Notes under the pieces: generated by a model
Seen by the model: the letters and a program-made list of their open reading frames with translations, nothing else
What the model was told of the DNA's origin: nothing
The model's database searches: none
Made by a program: the position numbers and the translations under genes
Assembly (NCBI GenBank): GCA_963796055.1
Contig: CAWCKH010000002.1
Span: forward strand, 96,001 to 160,000
Source of the DNA: an uncultured delta proteobacterium
Lineage (GTDB): Bacteria; Myxococcota; Myxococcia; Myxococcales; Myxococcaceae
Direction of reading: 5' to 3'
Length of the DNA: 64,000 nucleotides
Shown here: piece by piece, positions 61,265 through 64,000 of the stretch
Numbering within the stretch: the first letter of the stretch is position 1
Layout: every line of letters begins with the position of its first letter

Positions 61265-61892
61265 TCACTGCTTCGTTGCCGGCCCGCCGGCACGCCCCGC
61301 GTCTTCCTGGTCGTAGAACTTCTGCAACAACTTCCGGGCCTCGTCGCGGTCGAGGCAGGTGTACGAGTTCCAGGCCTCGGTCCGGAGCTGATCATCGAGG
61401 TCTTTGCCGATCACCTCGAGAATCGTCTCCTTCGCCGACCGGACTGCCCGCTGGGAGTTCCGCAGGATCTGCCGGGCGACCAGCTCCGTCTCCTCGTCGA
61501 GGCGATCGTGCGGGACCACCTTCGTCACCAGGTTGCATTGCAGCGACCGGCGGCGAGTGCCCACCCGTTGATCGAGGCGACGATCGGCTTGTGGATCCGG
61601 TGCAGCCCGCGGGTGATCCCCCCGAATTCCAGCTCGACGATCTCCCGGACCCTGCTCGGGCTTGCGTCCACGTAGTTCGCGGGCACCCAGGTCCGAAGGT
61701 CCGCACCGGCGCAAAAGCTGTCACCTGTCCCGCGGAGGATGGCCACGTCGACCCCCTCGTCGTCACGGAGGTCCCGCCAGATGCGACACAGCTCGTCGTT
61801 CATCGCGAGGTCGATCGCGTTCTTGGCGTCGGTCGGTTCAAGGTGACGAAGGCGATGCGGTCCCGCTTCTGGTAGCGGATGGTCTCGAGCAC
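61265..61892 (-). pseudogene. Degraded enoyl-CoA hydratase/isomerase
   Basis: Three pieces: VLETIRYQKRDRIAFVTLNRP / DAKNAID...FCAGADL...KPIVASINGWALAAG / CNLVTKVVP...AVRSAKE; the central catalytic segment is missing. Confidence 0.85.
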
Positions 61893-62021
61893 GTGCCACC
61901 TCCGAGCGATGCGGAGGATAGCGAGCGATCCGGAGCCTGGCGACGGCCCTGAGCCACCCGCCGGCCACGCCCCTCGACAACGCGACCGCCAATCCCCAGC
62001 GGTCACCCTGCGAACAGCTCG

Positions 62022-62096
62022 ATTCCGGCCGCAGTGACTGTCTTCCCGGGCGAGATCTACCGTGCGGCGCCGAGCTGGGCCTTCACCTTCGGCTGA
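62022..62096 (+). pseudogene. Short remnant resembling an epoxide hydrolase C-terminal segment
   Basis: [20 protein letters not shown] resembles the P-x-AVxxFPxEI...PRSW motif; truncated on both sides. Confidence 0.55.
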
Positions 62097-62111
62097 GGAG
62101 GACAGGAACCG

Positions 62112-62561
62112 ATGAACTCACGTCTTCTGATGACGTTGCAGGTCCCGGTGCTGGGCCCACAGAGGCTTGGCGCGGTGCCCCACGGCACCCGTGTCACCGT
62201 TCCCATCGCCAGCGGCCACTTCGAGGGTCCCCGGTTACGCGGAAAGGTGCTGCCCGGGGGTGGCGACTGGACGCTCCTGCGGGGAGACGGTGTCCTCGAG
62301 CTCGATGTGCGCATCACGCTCGAGACCGACGACGGCGCCCTGATCTACCTGACCTCGTTCGGGCTGCGCCATGGGCCGCCCGAGGTGATCGCGGCGCTCG
62401 GGCGCGGCGAGCAAGTCGATCCATCGACCTATTACTTCCGGACCACGCCTCGCTTCGAGACCGCTCACCCGAAGTACGCCTTCCTGAATCGCCTTCTGGC
62501 GGTGTCGAGCGGACACCGCCTCCCCCAAGGGTCCGTCTACACAATCGACGAAATCCTCTAG
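62112..62561 (+). CDS. DUF3237 (UPF0311) protein
   Basis: [38 protein letters not shown]. Confidence 0.92.
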   Translation: MNSRLLMTLQVPVLGPQRLGAVPHGTRVTVPIASGHFEGPRLRGKVLPGGGDWTLLRGDGVLELDVRITLETDDGALIYLTSFGLRHGPPEVIAALGRGEQVDPSTYYFRTTPRFETAHPKYAFLNRLLAVSSGHRLPQGSVYTIDEIL

Positions 62562-62608
62562 GGCCCCGGCAAGGTTCCGTCGATTCTCTCGCCGAAGGAG
62601 ACACACCC

Positions 62609-63076
62609 ATGAGTCCCAGACCGCCCGTCCCGCCGTTCACCGAGGAGACCGCGCGCCGAAAGGTCCGAGCGGCCGAGGATGCCTGGAACGGGCGCGACCC
62701 GGCGAAGGTGGCACTCGCCTACACCCCGGACAGCCGCTGGAGAAATCGCTCGGAGTTCATCCGGGGGCGCACCGAGGTCGAGGCGTTCCTCACGCGGAAG
62801 TGGGCGCGCGAGCTCGACTACCGTCTCATCAAGGAGCTCTGGGCATTCGGCGCCAACCGCATCGCCGTGCGGTTCGTCTACGAATGTCGCGACAGCGAGG
62901 GCCGGTGGTGGCGCAGTCACGGCAACGAGAACTGGCTCTTCGATGCCGAGGGTTACATGGCCGAGCGGCACGCCAGCATCAATGACGTGCCCATCGCCGA
63001 GACGGACCGGCTCTTCCGGTGGCCACAGGGCGTGCGCCCGGCTGACCATCCGGGGCTCACCGAGCTCGGACTTTGA
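62609..63076 (+). CDS. DUF1348 / SnoaL-like NTF2-family protein
   Basis: [38 protein letters not shown]. Confidence 0.93.
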   Translation: MSPRPPVPPFTEETARRKVRAAEDAWNGRDPAKVALAYTPDSRWRNRSEFIRGRTEVEAFLTRKWARELDYRLIKELWAFGANRIAVRFVYECRDSEGRWWRSHGNENWLFDAEGYMAERHASINDVPIAETDRLFRWPQGVRPADHPGLTELGL

Positions 63077-63077
63077 G

Positions 63078-63815
63078 CTAGGCGGCGACGAACTGCTGCC
63101 CGCCGTCGATGTCGTAGGTCGCGCCGGTGAGGGCCGTGTTGGTCATGATGTGCACGGCGAGCGCGGCCACGTCGGCCGGTCCGACGACGCGCCGGATGGG
63201 AAGCGTGGCTCGAAGCTGATTGCGCCGTGCTTCGAGCCTCTCCCCGAGGATCGATGCCGACAACGGTGTGTCCACGAAGCCGGCGGCGATGAGGTTGACC
63301 CGGATGGGCGCGACCTCGAGCGCCAGGTTGGCGGTGAGGGCGGGGAGTGCGGCGGTGACCGCCGACGCGATCGCGAGGCCGAGAGCGGGGCGGCGGCCGC
63401 CCGTACCGCCCATGAACAGCAGGCTTCCGCCGGGCCTCACCTTCTTGGTGGCGTGGCGGGCGACCTGGAGCGCCAGCAACAGGTGCTCGCTGAGGGCGGC
63501 GCGCGCCTGCTCGAAGTCCATGTCCGCCAGGCGGACGTAGTGCGGACGGCCAGCCGTGACCATCACGTGGTCGACCGGTTTCGACAGCTCACCGAAGAAA
63601 CGCTCGAGCGCAGCCGCGTCGGAGGCATCGAAGGCCGAGGTGCTCGAGGCCTCGAGCTCGACCGCGGCTTGCTGCAGCCGCGCGGGATCCCGGGCGGTGA
63701 GGATCAGATCGGCCCCCTCGGTGCGGGCTCGTCGGGCCGTTTCGAGTCCGATGCCACCACTACCGCCGATCACGACGACGGTTTGCCCGAGCAGTTCCGG
63801 TTTGCGCTGAATCAT
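63078..63815 (-). CDS. Short-chain dehydrogenase/reductase (atypical)
   Basis: GGSGGIG, PIRVNLIAAGFVDTP, IDGG; the usual YxxxK is not evident. Confidence 0.9.
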   Translation of the reverse strand: MIQRKPELLGQTVVVIGGSGGIGLETARRARTEGADLILTARDPARLQQAAVELEASSTSAFDASDAAALERFFGELSKPVDHVMVTAGRPHYVRLADMDFEQARAALSEHLLLALQVARHATKKVRPGGSLLFMGGTGGRRPALGLAIASAVTAALPALTANLALEVAPIRVNLIAAGFVDTPLSASILGERLEARRNQLRATLPIRRVVGPADVAALAVHIMTNTALTGATYDIDGGQQFVAA

Positions 63816-64000
63816 GACTCCTCCACTGGTACGAGTCGGTTCGGACGCGAATGGATGGCCCGTCGAAGCAACGGGCTCGTATGCCGGTCAAGTCGCGACC
63901 AACGTCTCGAGAGGCAAACCGTGTTCCACGAGACATGGACCCCCCAACTGCGAGGGCAGCTCCAAGGAGTTGCGTCCCACCGGCCTCTGGCAGTGGAGTG

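Noticed and set aside
63900..64000. GGCAAAC and GGGACGCAA pieces resembling a c-di-GMP-I riboswitch
   Set aside because: They lie on opposite strands, lack the GNRA loop and are cut by the window edge; an Infernal search with flanking sequence would be needed.

Overview
GC-rich chromosomal segment, most likely from a Myxococcota bacterium (inferred from a MYXO-CTERM-like sorting tail and a myxobacterial-type ferritin-like protein). About 55 intact or near-intact CDS. I found no rRNA, tRNA, CRISPR array, transposase or integrase. Left end (1-10 kb): a PNPOx-like gene, a hemerythrin, a sigma54-type promoter before an outer-membrane protein gene, a Cys/Pro-rich leader ORF, cusCBA-type Cu/Ag efflux, then a 50-aa exported peptide ending GGGVKGW translationally coupled to a diiron ferritin-like enzyme (best candidate for an undescribed RiPP-like system). 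Middle (15-40 kb): an envelope/acid/osmotic stress block (MscS, GH63, ppk2, Omp85, DUF4136 lipoproteins, HdeA-like chaperone, RND pump, AqpZ). Five of its intergenic regions share an 18-bp palindrome (consensus about ATGAGACC-AA-GGTCNCAY), plausibly bound by the embedded GAF-kinase/FixJ-type regulator pair. Right end (40-64 kb): accessory genes (PA-domain metallopeptidase, DmeF, MarR-GNAT, 9x Big_2 lipoprotein, large secreted patatin) mixed with several gene remnants. Three otherwise intact genes each carry one single-base frameshift, possibly sequencing error. All family calls come from motif recognition by eye, without database searches.
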